Source: an uncultured virus (IMG/VR IMGVR_UViG_3300046678_000325) (lineage: Duplodnaviria > Heunggongvirae > Uroviricota > Caudoviricetes). Taken from it: DNA of 64,000 bases. A model generated the notes under the pieces. The model saw only the letters and a program-made list of their open reading frames with translations. It did no database searches and was not told the DNA's origin. The position numbers were made by a program, and so were the translations under genes. The stretch lies in the IMG/VR virus record IMGVR_UViG_3300046678_000325, one strand, 5' to 3'. Shown one piece after another: positions 36,132 through 45,575 of the stretch (position 1 is its first letter; each line of letters begins with the position of its first letter).

Positions 36132-36677
36132 CTAGAGCAGTCCGCAGTACCGGGCGGTGTTCGGCCAGGGAGTAAATCCCCGAACGGCTACGGCCCTCTC
36201 AGCGGCTTGCAGTTGTGCCCAGACAGGCCAATGGTCAGCGGTTCCCCAGCGGGCTAGAAATTCCGGCCCATACGTGGACTGAAAACTAATGTCCATCTGA
36301 AGACCACCCCAATAAGGCGCGGCGGGATCAGTCCATGAACCTTCGTACCGATGTATGCACATGAGCGCTGCTGTAATTCCTCCCCCGACGGCTCTTACAG
36401 CCGGAGCTAGCAGCTTGTGCAAATTTCGCTGAACGATGCGAAGGGACTTCTGTGCCCACTTGACCTGAGACTGAGCGCTCACGTTTTGGAGTTGTCGATG
36501 GTTCCGCCAGAAGCGAATGATCGACCTATCGTGAAGACGCTGTAATTTCAGGTAGTGAATCATCTGAGTCCTCGTCATGGTGTGGAACGGTTTGTGCGGC
36601 AACCTCATCTGCGCCGCGTTAGCTGGTGTCACGCTCACCGTAAAGATGATGAGCACTGTGGCAAGCAGCTTCAGCAA
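36132..36677 (-). CDS. secreted Rpf-like (resuscitation-promoting factor) lytic transglycosylase
   Basis: Signal peptide ending ANA; CIHRYEG...YWGGLQM...Q...A...GFTPWPN..C. Confidence 0.8.
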   Translation of the reverse strand: MLKLLATVLIIFTVSVTPANAAQMRLPHKPFHTMTRTQMIHYLKLQRLHDRSIIRFWRNHRQLQNVSAQSQVKWAQKSLRIVQRNLHKLLAPAVRAVGGGITAALMCIHRYEGSWTDPAAPYWGGLQMDISFQSTYGPEFLARWGTADHWPVWAQLQAAERAVAVRGFTPWPNTARYCGLL

Positions 36678-36802
36678 ATTACCTTCTCCTTCAATAGCTT
36701 ACTAGACAGCGGGGTTGACTTTCTTCTGTCGCTCGATTCGCACGAGCACCCCGTCGTACCTAGTTATCGATCTGCACCCTCCTTTCGGCCCTCATGAAAT
36801 TT

Positions 36803-37189
36803 CTAGCGTCGAGCGTTTGTTGCAACCGTTGGTGAAGTTACTGCACCTGTGTTCGTGGTCTCGTAAACGAGTCCTGTTGCGATCACAGCGGCCATGAAAG
36901 CAGTTACCCACTCCAACTGCGTGATGTGGTTGTCATTCAGCGCAATTACAAGCGAGCCGAGACCGGCCGTGAGAAACGCGATAGCCGTCTTTGCGATCCC
37001 ACCTGCAATTCCAGGAATGTTCGACAACGCAGCCACCATCGCACCCGAGCCGAGCACAGTCAAAGCCGCGATGATCCAATGCTTCGTGTCGATGTTGCTT
37101 ACGTCACCCGTGCTGCCTGTTCCAAGCGCAGTAACGAGCGCACCTGCTGCTGCAACCACGACGGCAAGAACTGCCTTCGCGTATTTCAT
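36803..37189 (-). CDS. holin-like protein with 4 TM helices (internal duplication)
   Basis: AKA..A...A..GALV.AL....I....W..A repeated twice. Confidence 0.7.
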   Translation of the reverse strand: MKYAKAVLAVVVAAAGALVTALGTGSTGDVSNIDTKHWIIAALTVLGSGAMVAALSNIPGIAGGIAKTAIAFLTAGLGSLVIALNDNHITQLEWVTAFMAAVIATGLVYETTNTGAVTSPTVATNARR

Positions 37190-37491
37190 TTTTCCTCCTC
37201 TTCGTTTTTTCCTCGCACGTACTCACCTTTGAAGATGGCAACAAGGGCGATAGTAGCCGCTATTGCCACGATCGGAGTCCGCCATGTGATCGGGTAGTTG
37301 TAGCGCACGATCATCCCCGATGCTGCGGCGAACGAATAGAGCAAGAGTGAAAACGCCATTAGGCTTAGATACTGAAATGGGTTGTGGCGGTGAATCCACA
37401 GCCGAGCCGCAAGGAATCCCGCCCCGAAGAAAATTTCCAGAACGATGAAAATGCGGAAAACTTCTGAGGCTGTGAACGCCGCCAGGATCAT
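37186..37491 (-). CDS. membrane protein with 3 TM helices
   Basis: Hydrophobic; in the lysis cassette. Confidence 0.6.
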   Translation of the reverse strand: MILAAFTASEVFRIFIVLEIFFGAGFLAARLWIHRHNPFQYLSLMAFSLLLYSFAAASGMIVRYNYPITWRTPIVAIAATIALVAIFKGEYVRGKNEEEEK

Positions 37492-38315
37492 TGGTTGACC
37501 TTGCCTGTAATTTCAGCCAGCTCCTTTTCCATCGCATCTACATTGAGATGGCCCGTCTTGCGCCACGGATCGAGATTGTCCACGACGCCCCACGCTTCAT
37601 CGGCGTACTTGTCGATGAAACGGTTGGTGACTTCAACTTCCATCTCCCACGTTTCAACAAAGATGGAATTCGGTGAGAACTTTTTCGCGTACACGCAGTG
37701 ACCGCCCCATGATCCCGGCTTCCAATCTGCGCCCGTCTCACCGTTGTAATCCCACTTGCCCTTGCCCGTCATGTCCTGTGCCGCGAGGGGGAGCCAGAAG
37801 CCCCACTGAGTGCCGTGCAGCAAGAAGGTGGTCAGCCGTACCAGCTCATGATCCGACGGATCAATTTCACCATAAGCGTCGATCTTGTATGTGCGACCCT
37901 TGTACGCGATCATGAAACCGTTGTTGCGCCAGTCCCTATGCGCTGCAACAATTTCAAGGCCCGTGTCGTTTGCATCGCCCGGTTCCTTGCAGCCGGTCAG
38001 GTGCATGTATCTGTTGATCGCATCCTCATCCGTGAGCTGAGGCGTCTGCCATGCTTCAACTCTTTCCAGGCGAAGAATTTCATTCGCCTCCCCTGCGATC
38101 ACACAGTCGCCGAAGCTGTCGTTTCCCCACATGTGAGGGGTCTGTGGCTTGCGCCCTGCGTCGAAATCGAAATCCGCAGGTACACGAATATCGGTCGGCA
38201 TGAATTTCGCAAGCATGAGCGTTCGCTCATCGTGCTGGTACGGCTGCTTGCCGAGCTTCACTGCATCGTGCTGAAATTCTTTAGTTTCCACGCTACCTTC
38301 CCTTCGGGTTTGCAA
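37488..38315 (-). CDS. papain-like cysteine peptidase
   Basis: GND..GDCV, GGHCVY, VETW. Confidence 0.7.
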   Translation of the reverse strand: MQTRREGSVETKEFQHDAVKLGKQPYQHDERTLMLAKFMPTDIRVPADFDFDAGRKPQTPHMWGNDSFGDCVIAGEANEILRLERVEAWQTPQLTDEDAINRYMHLTGCKEPGDANDTGLEIVAAHRDWRNNGFMIAYKGRTYKIDAYGEIDPSDHELVRLTTFLLHGTQWGFWLPLAAQDMTGKGKWDYNGETGADWKPGSWGGHCVYAKKFSPNSIFVETWEMEVEVTNRFIDKYADEAWGVVDNLDPWRKTGHLNVDAMEKELAEITGKVNQ

Positions 38316-38700
38316 GAGGATGAACTGACTTCTCTGCTACCGCTTTGCAGTTTCGTACAGGCACGAGGGCGTCAATCAAAAATTCCGTTTGATTAACCGC
38401 CGCGTCTACTTGTTGCTTCGTAAAGCTTGGGTTGTCTTTTTTCACAAGAGCTTTCAAGCGCTTAATCGTGTTGTCATGACGCCTGTTCTGATCAACACAG
38501 TTCTGAAATGTTGCGTCATAGCGCTGTTGCTGAATCTGCGTTGCACGGATGGTTGCTTCTTTTCTCAGGTTGTCTCGATCGGAAAGGATGAGCGAAAACA
38601 AAACTGCCATTGAAATTGATGCAACAATGACAATTGCGATGTACGCCCACCTTGCCAGCTCACTAGCGTTCCAGTCCTCTCTGCGCATTGACGGCATCAC
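38293..38700 (-). CDS. single-TM coiled-coil protein in the lysis cassette
   Basis: TM helix then coiled coil with two Cys. Confidence 0.6.
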   Translation of the reverse strand: MMPSMRREDWNASELARWAYIAIVIVASISMAVLFSLILSDRDNLRKEATIRATQIQQQRYDATFQNCVDQNRRHDNTIKRLKALVKKDNPSFTKQQVDAAVNQTEFLIDALVPVRNCKAVAEKSVHPLANPKGR

Positions 38701-38960
38701 TTCCCCTCTTTATGTGAATTTCCGCTGCCGTTGCTGCGCGAGGACGAGCTTCGGCTGCCGAAGAGAAACCCCGACACGATCATCATTACAGGTGTTACTG
38801 CGCCCAGAGATGTGTAATTATTGGTCACAATGGAAGCGAGTGCTGTAATCGTCCACACAGATACAACAGCTCCCGCGATGATGTTGCGCATGGACAAGGT
38901 TAGTGCCATAGCTTTCTCTCTAATTTCACGACAGTCCCCCAGCGGTGTTTGCATGACCAA
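38697..38960 (-). CDS. small holin-like protein with 2 TM helices (probable start MALTLS)
   Basis: Two hydrophobic helices. Confidence 0.55.
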   Translation of the reverse strand: MVMQTPLGDCREIREKAMALTLSMRNIIAGAVVSVWTITALASIVTNNYTSLGAVTPVMMIVSGFLFGSRSSSSRSNGSGNSHKEGK

Positions 38961-39049
38961 CGCCCTACCGCATACCCGATCACTAAACAGATCGGACTAG
39001 TGAGCAAGCCGACAACCTGGCTGCTCATAATTACCATCTCCTCTGACCC

Positions 39050-39754
39050 CTACGCCGCTAATTTCATCGGTGTAGCCGTTTTGCTTTCATTCCCGCTGTG
39101 ACGGTTAGCGATGAACTGCTTGTAACGCACCCACCATTCCGGTGAAATTACCTTGGGTACGTTAGGCCGCACACTCGCCGTCGATGCAGGATAGTGCTGC
39201 CAGTCTCCTTCACCGAGCCGCCACTGAAGCCACGACCAATAGCCAGTCTTACTCCGCAAAATTTCAGCCTTGGTCGGTACGTAACGCTCAACTGGAACAC
39301 GAAGAAGCTGATGCACCCTACGATCCTGAGAGAGCCGGTACTGATTCGGTGCGCCTTGGTGCCCGAAGCTCCACAGAATCGGATCGCTGCCGCGCACCAT
39401 GACCTTCGTTGCATGCTCACTGCCCCACGCCCCGAACGTCACCATGTCGCCGATCAACAATTCAGACGGGTGCGCGAGATGCTGCAAGTGAGCTGCGTAA
39501 GTGGCTGAATTTCCATACGGCCCGAAATGCTGCCCCATCGGGTCAACTGGAATGTCAGACCACCAATCGATGAATTGACAACCCTTTGAACAGTCGCCAG
39601 TTACATGCTCATCGGAATGCCACGGTCGTGAAGGCATGCTGATCGGTCGAACTGCACGATACGCCCAATCATGGTGAGCTGCTTCGTCACCAAGCGTCTC
39701 GTGCATCAACTTTTCCATCCGAGATCTGTAGTCAATTTCAGTCATTGGTCTCAT
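39050..39754 (-). CDS. endolysin, NlpC/P60-like amidase/peptidase
   Basis: Y..VRP, GDCSKG, GDMVTFG, EHAT, SFGH. Confidence 0.7.
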   Translation of the reverse strand: MRPMTEIDYRSRMEKLMHETLGDEAAHHDWAYRAVRPISMPSRPWHSDEHVTGDCSKGCQFIDWWSDIPVDPMGQHFGPYGNSATYAAHLQHLAHPSELLIGDMVTFGAWGSEHATKVMVRGSDPILWSFGHQGAPNQYRLSQDRRVHQLLRVPVERYVPTKAEILRSKTGYWSWLQWRLGEGDWQHYPASTASVRPNVPKVISPEWWVRYKQFIANRHSGNESKTATPMKLAA

Positions 39755-39962
39755 CTCCGATCACGATACTCATGCTTCCCATGACAGCTACGAGCAAGCG
39801 GCGAACAAGTCCCTCGATCTGCCAAATGGCACTGTTGCTCCATCCCCAACCGCATTTCAGCCTGTCGTCTTTCAGGTACTCACAGACGTAGGCGCAATGC
39901 GTAATGTCCTCCGGCTTACAATCGAATTCCTTAGCTAGAGCCTCGAGAATTTCAGTTGCCAC
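39738..39962 (-). CDS. hypothetical protein
   Basis: GGAG RBS; follows the fibre gene. Confidence 0.5.
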   Translation of the reverse strand: MATEILEALAKEFDCKPEDITHCAYVCEYLKDDRLKCGWGWSNSAIWQIEGLVRRLLVAVMGSMSIVIGDETND

Positions 39963-39980
39963 TTCATTCTCCCTTCGCAG

Positions 39981-41558
39981 TTACGTCTTGATGATGTGGT
40001 TAATTACACCGTAGGGCTGAAGGTTGTTGTGGGCTGTGCTGCCTCCGTCGTTTGAAATTGTGTGAGTGTGCGTTCCCAGCGCTGAGCCAGCGAATGTTGC
40101 CGTGTGACCATGCGCCGGAACATCATGCTGATGGTTCGCGGATCGTCCACCCGTCGTAAAGCTGTGTGAGTGGTCAGTCGAATCGGTGCTCGTAAGAGTG
40201 GCAACAGCGTTCGTTGCGTAAGGAAACGACCCCGCCCCGTATGACTGACCATTCACGGTGTTGCGGTCGTTGTAGGAGTGAGTATGGAATGTGCTTACAC
40301 CGCTCGTTGTACCAGCGTGCACATGGTCAGTAGTGTCTACGCCAGTTGTAATTACACCAGCATTGACCACTGAAACCGTTCCAGCCGGAGTGCCTGCTGA
40401 AACTGCCGAAGTTGAACCTCCATGCGCATGTGTCGGCATTTCAGTATTGGTGATCAGATGAGTTTCCTCACCACCCTTGGAACCAAGATTCTGAAATGTT
40501 GCACCGTTCTTGTTGACAAGCGTAACTCCACGAGTGTCCGGCACGTTGAACGTCGTAGCGGACATAGTTCCCAACGCCCACGGAGCACGGAAGGCTGTAT
40601 GCGTTCCCGACTGCGTACCCGTGGTTGTAATTCCTGTACCGCCCTTAGTAGTTGCCACCTGAAATGTGTTGGTGGTCGCAGCAACTACGAAGTACGCGGT
40701 GTCGGCAGACAGTCCTGTGGGAAGAGCACCCGTCGTCTCGATGTAAATTACATCTCCGTTTACCAAACCATGAGCATTCAGCGTCCAAACGCCCGGAGCT
40801 GCAATCGTCACAGTGGCCGTTCCGATCGATGCCACGAGTGCGGCAAAGAGAGTTGGGAACGACGCACGAAGCTGAGCTGTTCCGTCACAGGCCAAGAATC
40901 CAACCGGGGTTGAAATTCCAGCAAACTGCAAGATCGTCCCCGAAGGTACTCCACCAGCGGAAGCCACGAAAGCCGTCGTAGCGATCTTGGTCGAGCTATC
41001 ACCAGGGGTCGGTGTAGGTGCCAGGGGAATCCCTGTGAGGGTCGGAGAAGCCAGCGGAGCACGAGATGCGTCTGTGGGGTGTACGTGGTCTGCTCGCGCC
41101 ATACGGAGGCTCGTACCAACTGCACCCGTACCGTCCACGATTGGAGTCGAGGTTGAAAGCTGACCAATTACAAAGGCAGTAGTCGCCAGAGAGAAATCGT
41201 TGTCATCCTGCGCGGGAGTCGGCCCGGTCGGGTTGCCGGTAAGAACCGGAGAAGCCAAACGAGCTAAAGCTGCGGAGTCAGACAGATGGGTTGAAGCCAA
41301 TGAAGTTCCATTGACCTGAAATCCGTTGATCGCGTTAACGAGGTTTGACGCACGAAGTGTTCCAGCGAGACCCATTACCCCGGCCGCAAACTGCGAGAAC
41401 GTCAGACCCGATGCTGCAACTGTAATTGATCCAACGCTCAGTGCTTGCGTAAGGTTGACTAGATCGGCGTACTGATCCTGAATTGCATTCAGGTCGCCAG
41501 CGAAGATTCGCCCGTTAGGGGAAACGCCTGTGGAATCGAATGTCTTTACTCTAGAAAT
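39981..41558 (-). CDS. tail fibre with collar domain and HxH needle (probable ATT start at 41558)
   Basis: PSGTILQFAG..P.GFLACDG, FNVPDTRG, GGEETH, HNNLQPY..INHIIK; frame is open 61 codons upstream of the track's ATG. Confidence 0.85.
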   Translation of the reverse strand: MSRVKTFDSTGVSPNGRIFAGDLNAIQDQYADLVNLTQALSVGSITVAASGLTFSQFAAGVMGLAGTLRASNLVNAINGFQVNGTSLASTHLSDSAALARLASPVLTGNPTGPTPAQDDNDFSLATTAFVIGQLSTSTPIVDGTGAVGTSLRMARADHVHPTDASRAPLASPTLTGIPLAPTPTPGDSSTKIATTAFVASAGGVPSGTILQFAGISTPVGFLACDGTAQLRASFPTLFAALVASIGTATVTIAAPGVWTLNAHGLVNGDVIYIETTGALPTGLSADTAYFVVAATTNTFQVATTKGGTGITTTGTQSGTHTAFRAPWALGTMSATTFNVPDTRGVTLVNKNGATFQNLGSKGGEETHLITNTEMPTHAHGGSTSAVSAGTPAGTVSVVNAGVITTGVDTTDHVHAGTTSGVSTFHTHSYNDRNTVNGQSYGAGSFPYATNAVATLTSTDSTDHSHSFTTGGRSANHQHDVPAHGHTATFAGSALGTHTHTISNDGGSTAHNNLQPYGVINHIIKT

Positions 41559-41573
41559 TTCAGCTCACCCCTC

Positions 41574-43391
41574 TCAGGCGGCGTCGTCGTATCGGTCAAA
41601 GTTGGTCGGTATGCCTGCGCGTAGATCAATCGAGCTTGAAATCTTTTCGGTGCTGCCTGCGAACGTTGTAATTGTCGGGGGAGAGTTACCGAGGGCAAAC
41701 AGCGTTGCTGCGTCTGCGTTGGACAGTGTACCTTCGCCAGTAGCAACCCACACAACACTGCCACCAAGTTGACTTGTATTGGCAAGTGAGCCAATATCGA
41801 AATTTGTATCCGATGGAAGCACTCGACCGCCCGTAGGCGTAACTGACACAAACGTCTGACCATCGACGCTGAGGTAAACCTTTGTTGCATCCCAGGCCAT
41901 GATCACCGTCATGAATTGTCCAGCGGTGTAATTTCCATCATTCGCATTCGGGCCTGTACCTACACCTGAAATTGCGTTCGTAGCTTGAAAAGTATTGGTT
42001 CCTTGCGTAAACAGGAGCAGGGCGTTGTTTGCGTCTGATCCCCAATTGAAAAGGTAACTGCTACTGACGCTTGGTGAAGAAAATCCCATTCGGAGCCTCA
42101 CTGCTACCCAGCCCTGTAATCCTGCGAACATTGCTGCGGGAGCCTGCACACGGCCAGCACTGCGGGTTGTAAACGATCCATTCGTCGTACTGTTGTTGGC
42201 GATGTAAGGCGCGTCTACATTGCCTTGGCTCAGCATCGGGGCGGTCATGTAATAAGTCTGAGCGCCTACAGGCTGAATTACACCTGAAACAGCGGTTGTC
42301 GTACCATTTGCAAGCGTGAACGTTGCAGTCATCCTCTGCCAACTGCCAGTCAGTGTAATTACTGAGCTGAGAAGAAGTTCTGAGTTTGCTCCTCCGCTGG
42401 TATAACCATATAGGCCAATTTTCACTTGCTGACCCGATGTGCCTTTAACCCAGCATGAATACGTCCATATCTGACCTGACCCGGCGGCGGGTGACGCAGC
42501 AAGAGTCATTTCAGTTGTGGTCGTCGCACCAACAACAGATTTCAAAGCGCTGTGGGATGGGAACGGCGGTGACTGAGTTGCATCTACCGAAAGCGTTCCA
42601 GTCGAAACCCAGCCAGTTGTCACCGACGAAAATTGTGTGTTGATCGCCTTATTGCTGTGCGCCTTGTAAATTCCAGTTCCGCCGTTAGCACCAGCCGCAA
42701 AACCATCTACCGGCCCCTGTGCTGTTCTCAGGGTGTCAGTAATTTCGTTACCGCTTACAGTCAATACGCCGGAAGTAAACGGGTCGGCTACTGAAACTAT
42801 ACTGAATGTAATTCCAGCAGGCGTGACTCGTGCAAGTTCACGCGCCATACCCGAAGCAACCGTGATCGTGTTGACGATCCGCACAGCGTAGGAGAAGCCT
42901 GCAACATTCTCCACGATCTTGTACGCCGCCTTGACGCTTCCCACATCGGAAAAGAGTGGAATTCCCCCTGCGCTCAGCGGCAATCCTGACGGGCTGAGTG
43001 AAGCGGGAGTACCAAACGTCGCCCCAATGTAATTCTCCACGATCTTTCGACGCATCGTGCGAGTAAACGGGCCTTTGCGGATTCGGTTGAGCACGATCGC
43101 CTGCCGCGTAGCTGTATCGAGACCTGTCGGAGCTACAGGCAGACTCTCCTCAATTTCCCATTCATCGAGAAACTGAGTGCTCGTGCTTACGAAGCGCTCG
43201 TTGTAAATCGTGTTCTGCTGGCCGATTAGCTCCTGAATACGATCCGTGAAAAGTTTGCGAATGAAGAAACCGAAATTTGAGTTTTGGTTCTCCGGGAATA
43301 TTGATGGCGGCTCGGACTCCATGAAGTCAAGCTCAGCATCACTAAAATCCCCTTCGATCGGGAGCGTAGGCTGATAAGGCGTCGTAGTCAT
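41574..43391 (-). CDS. baseplate wedge protein fused to CBM-like and LamG-like domains
   Basis: LDEWE...LP, R.TPAGI N-terminal module; YSCWVKG...WQR and beta-rich C-terminus; follows baseplate J. Confidence 0.7.
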   Translation of the reverse strand: MTTTPYQPTLPIEGDFSDAELDFMESEPPSIFPENQNSNFGFFIRKLFTDRIQELIGQQNTIYNERFVSTSTQFLDEWEIEESLPVAPTGLDTATRQAIVLNRIRKGPFTRTMRRKIVENYIGATFGTPASLSPSGLPLSAGGIPLFSDVGSVKAAYKIVENVAGFSYAVRIVNTITVASGMARELARVTPAGITFSIVSVADPFTSGVLTVSGNEITDTLRTAQGPVDGFAAGANGGTGIYKAHSNKAINTQFSSVTTGWVSTGTLSVDATQSPPFPSHSALKSVVGATTTTEMTLAASPAAGSGQIWTYSCWVKGTSGQQVKIGLYGYTSGGANSELLLSSVITLTGSWQRMTATFTLANGTTTAVSGVIQPVGAQTYYMTAPMLSQGNVDAPYIANNSTTNGSFTTRSAGRVQAPAAMFAGLQGWVAVRLRMGFSSPSVSSSYLFNWGSDANNALLLFTQGTNTFQATNAISGVGTGPNANDGNYTAGQFMTVIMAWDATKVYLSVDGQTFVSVTPTGGRVLPSDTNFDIGSLANTSQLGGSVVWVATGEGTLSNADAATLFALGNSPPTITTFAGSTEKISSSIDLRAGIPTNFDRYDDAA

Positions 43392-43401
43392 CTATCTCCC
43401 C

Positions 43402-44811
43402 TTACGTTACGGAAATTGTTCCGACGGTGCGCTTGCTGGTAGCGCCGGTCGTCTGATTGGTGGTCGGAGTAGTCACAGTCACGTCGATGATCCCTGCGAG
43501 ACCGAAGACTGCATCGACAATTCCAGAAAGGTAAAGCGTACCTCCGACTTCCAGGTTGTTGATGTAGTCTGAAATTGCATTAACCACCGAAGCTGAAACG
43601 TCGGAGAGGGCGTATGCAGGATCGGTCGTAGCATCCACTGTCACGTTTGTTGGCACAGCGGTGAAGGTCGTAACGCTGATCGTGATGTTCGCCAAGTCCT
43701 GTGACTGAAGTGCAGCGAGCACAGCAGCAATTACATCTGATCCCGGTACTGATCCTCCCGGCCCTGAAATGTAGACCGTCACCTGACCAGCGCTCGGGAC
43801 GTTTGGAACAGCCGTCGCCTGATCCACACCGGCAACTTCCATTGCCCACTCCTGCATGTCCTGCACTGAGCCGGTCTGTGGGTTCTGAATGAATTGCAGG
43901 AGACGCTGCCTGAAATCCTCTGTGTCCTCGGGATCGGTTGCGCCAGTGAACGCCGTAGTGTTAACGACGGCCACTAGATCGGACGGAGCATTCGTCAACT
44001 CTGTAATTGTTCCGATGGCAACATTCCCATCCGCCCCTGTGTCTTCCGACTGACCAAGGACAATCACGCTGTGCGCAGTGTCTACGGTCGGTTCAAGCGC
44101 GCCAGCGTCATGAGTGGCATCTGAAATGTTGTCGGCGTAAGTCGTCGTGGTGTTATCAGCGATCGTTGCGATGAGCCGCCAATTCCCTGCGCCGTTCTTG
44201 TCGCGGTAGATGTTCCTCGCAGTCGTCCCCGTTCCGCCGAGTGGAACTGCCGTGAGGTTCACTTGCTTGGACGAAGGAGACACAGGGTTGCTTACCGGCC
44301 CTCCTAGCGTCTCTCCGCTCGCTGTAACGAACGTGACGGCATATTCGTAGGTTCCGATGAGAACGCCCGCTGTGGCGCTTACAGCGGCTACAGGAGCCGT
44401 GGGAGTACCAGGGTTCGGAATCGTTCCATCCGTCGTCGTCAGGAAGTAAATTACATCGAGTCCACCGCCCGGATCGTAACCTACCTCAGAGCCGATCGGA
44501 ATGTACGTTCCACCATCTCCCTGAAATTGCAGACTACCCACGCTCTGCGCACCAAGGTCAGGTGAAAGCCCGAACTGATCCCCATGCCGCAAGAGAGCTT
44601 GGTAGCTCGCTGTCTGCACGAACATGTCTTCTAGAAGCAACTGATTGGCGAGGTACAGATTTTCAAGCTGTCCCGCTTCGATTGTCAGGAGGATTGAAAT
44701 TACACCATCGTCTCCCGTGTAAGCATCAGGAACCGCAGCAAGAATCTGGGCGACCATCTCTGAAAGAATGTCAGCCTGAGTCCGGTACATCGAGGTATCA
44801 ACGATTGGCAT
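43402..44811 (-). CDS. baseplate J-like wedge protein with inserted Ig/Fn3-like domain
   Basis: QTA...L..HG, GADGNV, GATDPEDTEDFRQR, GS..D...WAMEVAGV. Confidence 0.9.
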   Translation of the reverse strand: MPIVDTSMYRTQADILSEMVAQILAAVPDAYTGDDGVISILLTIEAGQLENLYLANQLLLEDMFVQTASYQALLRHGDQFGLSPDLGAQSVGSLQFQGDGGTYIPIGSEVGYDPGGGLDVIYFLTTTDGTIPNPGTPTAPVAAVSATAGVLIGTYEYAVTFVTASGETLGGPVSNPVSPSSKQVNLTAVPLGGTGTTARNIYRDKNGAGNWRLIATIADNTTTTYADNISDATHDAGALEPTVDTAHSVIVLGQSEDTGADGNVAIGTITELTNAPSDLVAVVNTTAFTGATDPEDTEDFRQRLLQFIQNPQTGSVQDMQEWAMEVAGVDQATAVPNVPSAGQVTVYISGPGGSVPGSDVIAAVLAALQSQDLANITISVTTFTAVPTNVTVDATTDPAYALSDVSASVVNAISDYINNLEVGGTLYLSGIVDAVFGLAGIIDVTVTTPTTNQTTGATSKRTVGTISVT

Positions 44812-45218
44812 TAGATCGAACCTCCAAACGGAATCGTAATTTCAATTTCCTGAGCTTGCTGTTCCGCATCACCGCCCAAGTCGTCTAGCACTTGATAGAG
44901 AAGCGTGAGTGTGATCGAGCGACTGTCATCGAAATTGACTTGAACATCGTCAATCAAAACTTCATTTTCCATTGGGCGCAATGCTTCTCTGACGTATGCC
45001 GGAGCCTGCGCCTGCGCCTTCACCGGATTTTCACCGATGAGTCGGTAAAGCTGAGAGCCGAATGAGTCGTTGTCGTCATACGACCATTCGCCTCTATGCA
45101 ATTTCAGTCGCAGGATCATCCTCTGTTCCAGAAGATCGGTGCCTGACTTCCCAGCCAGGTCACGCGCGCCTGAAATTATCAGATCACCATTGGGTGCGAG
45201 TGCCAAATCCCAGGCCAC
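44811..45218 (-). CDS. baseplate wedge/sheath initiator (gp25-like)
   Basis: GDL...Q...LRL...GEW.....FGS. Confidence 0.75.
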   Translation of the reverse strand: MAWDLALAPNGDLIISGARDLAGKSGTDLLEQRMILRLKLHRGEWSYDDNDSFGSQLYRLIGENPVKAQAQAPAYVREALRPMENEVLIDDVQVNFDDSRSITLTLLYQVLDDLGGDAEQQAQEIEITIPFGGSI

Positions 45219-45575
45219 TTAGTTCTCCTCTGAGGTAATCCAGTTTTTACCCTGCACCACACCGATGCAGCGGGGAATACTTTGGTCTCCTAATTCCAAA
45301 GCGACTACGACGATCTGACCGACCTTTGGTGTCTTCGGTGTAGCCGTCATATGCCTGACGTTCACCGTGCCGGTTGAATCAGTGTCGTAATATTTCACAT
45401 CGTAGTCGAAGCCTACCACGGGAATCGCCTGAGCGCCAAGCTCTTTCAGCCACACGGTTTTGTTGCCTGTGTTGTTCTTCACTACTTTGCCCGTGATGAA
45501 TTGCCTTTTATTGGCTTTGCCCGTGATCTTGGTGATCAAGGCACCGATGGAAGCCCATTCGCGTTCTGAAATCAT
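45219..45575 (-). CDS. baseplate spike-like OB-fold protein
   Basis: GKVV...PKVGQIVVV; position after the hub gene. Confidence 0.55.
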   Translation of the reverse strand: MISEREWASIGALITKITGKANKRQFITGKVVKNNTGNKTVWLKELGAQAIPVVGFDYDVKYYDTDSTGTVNVRHMTATPKTPKVGQIVVVALELGDQSIPRCIGVVQGKNWITSEEN

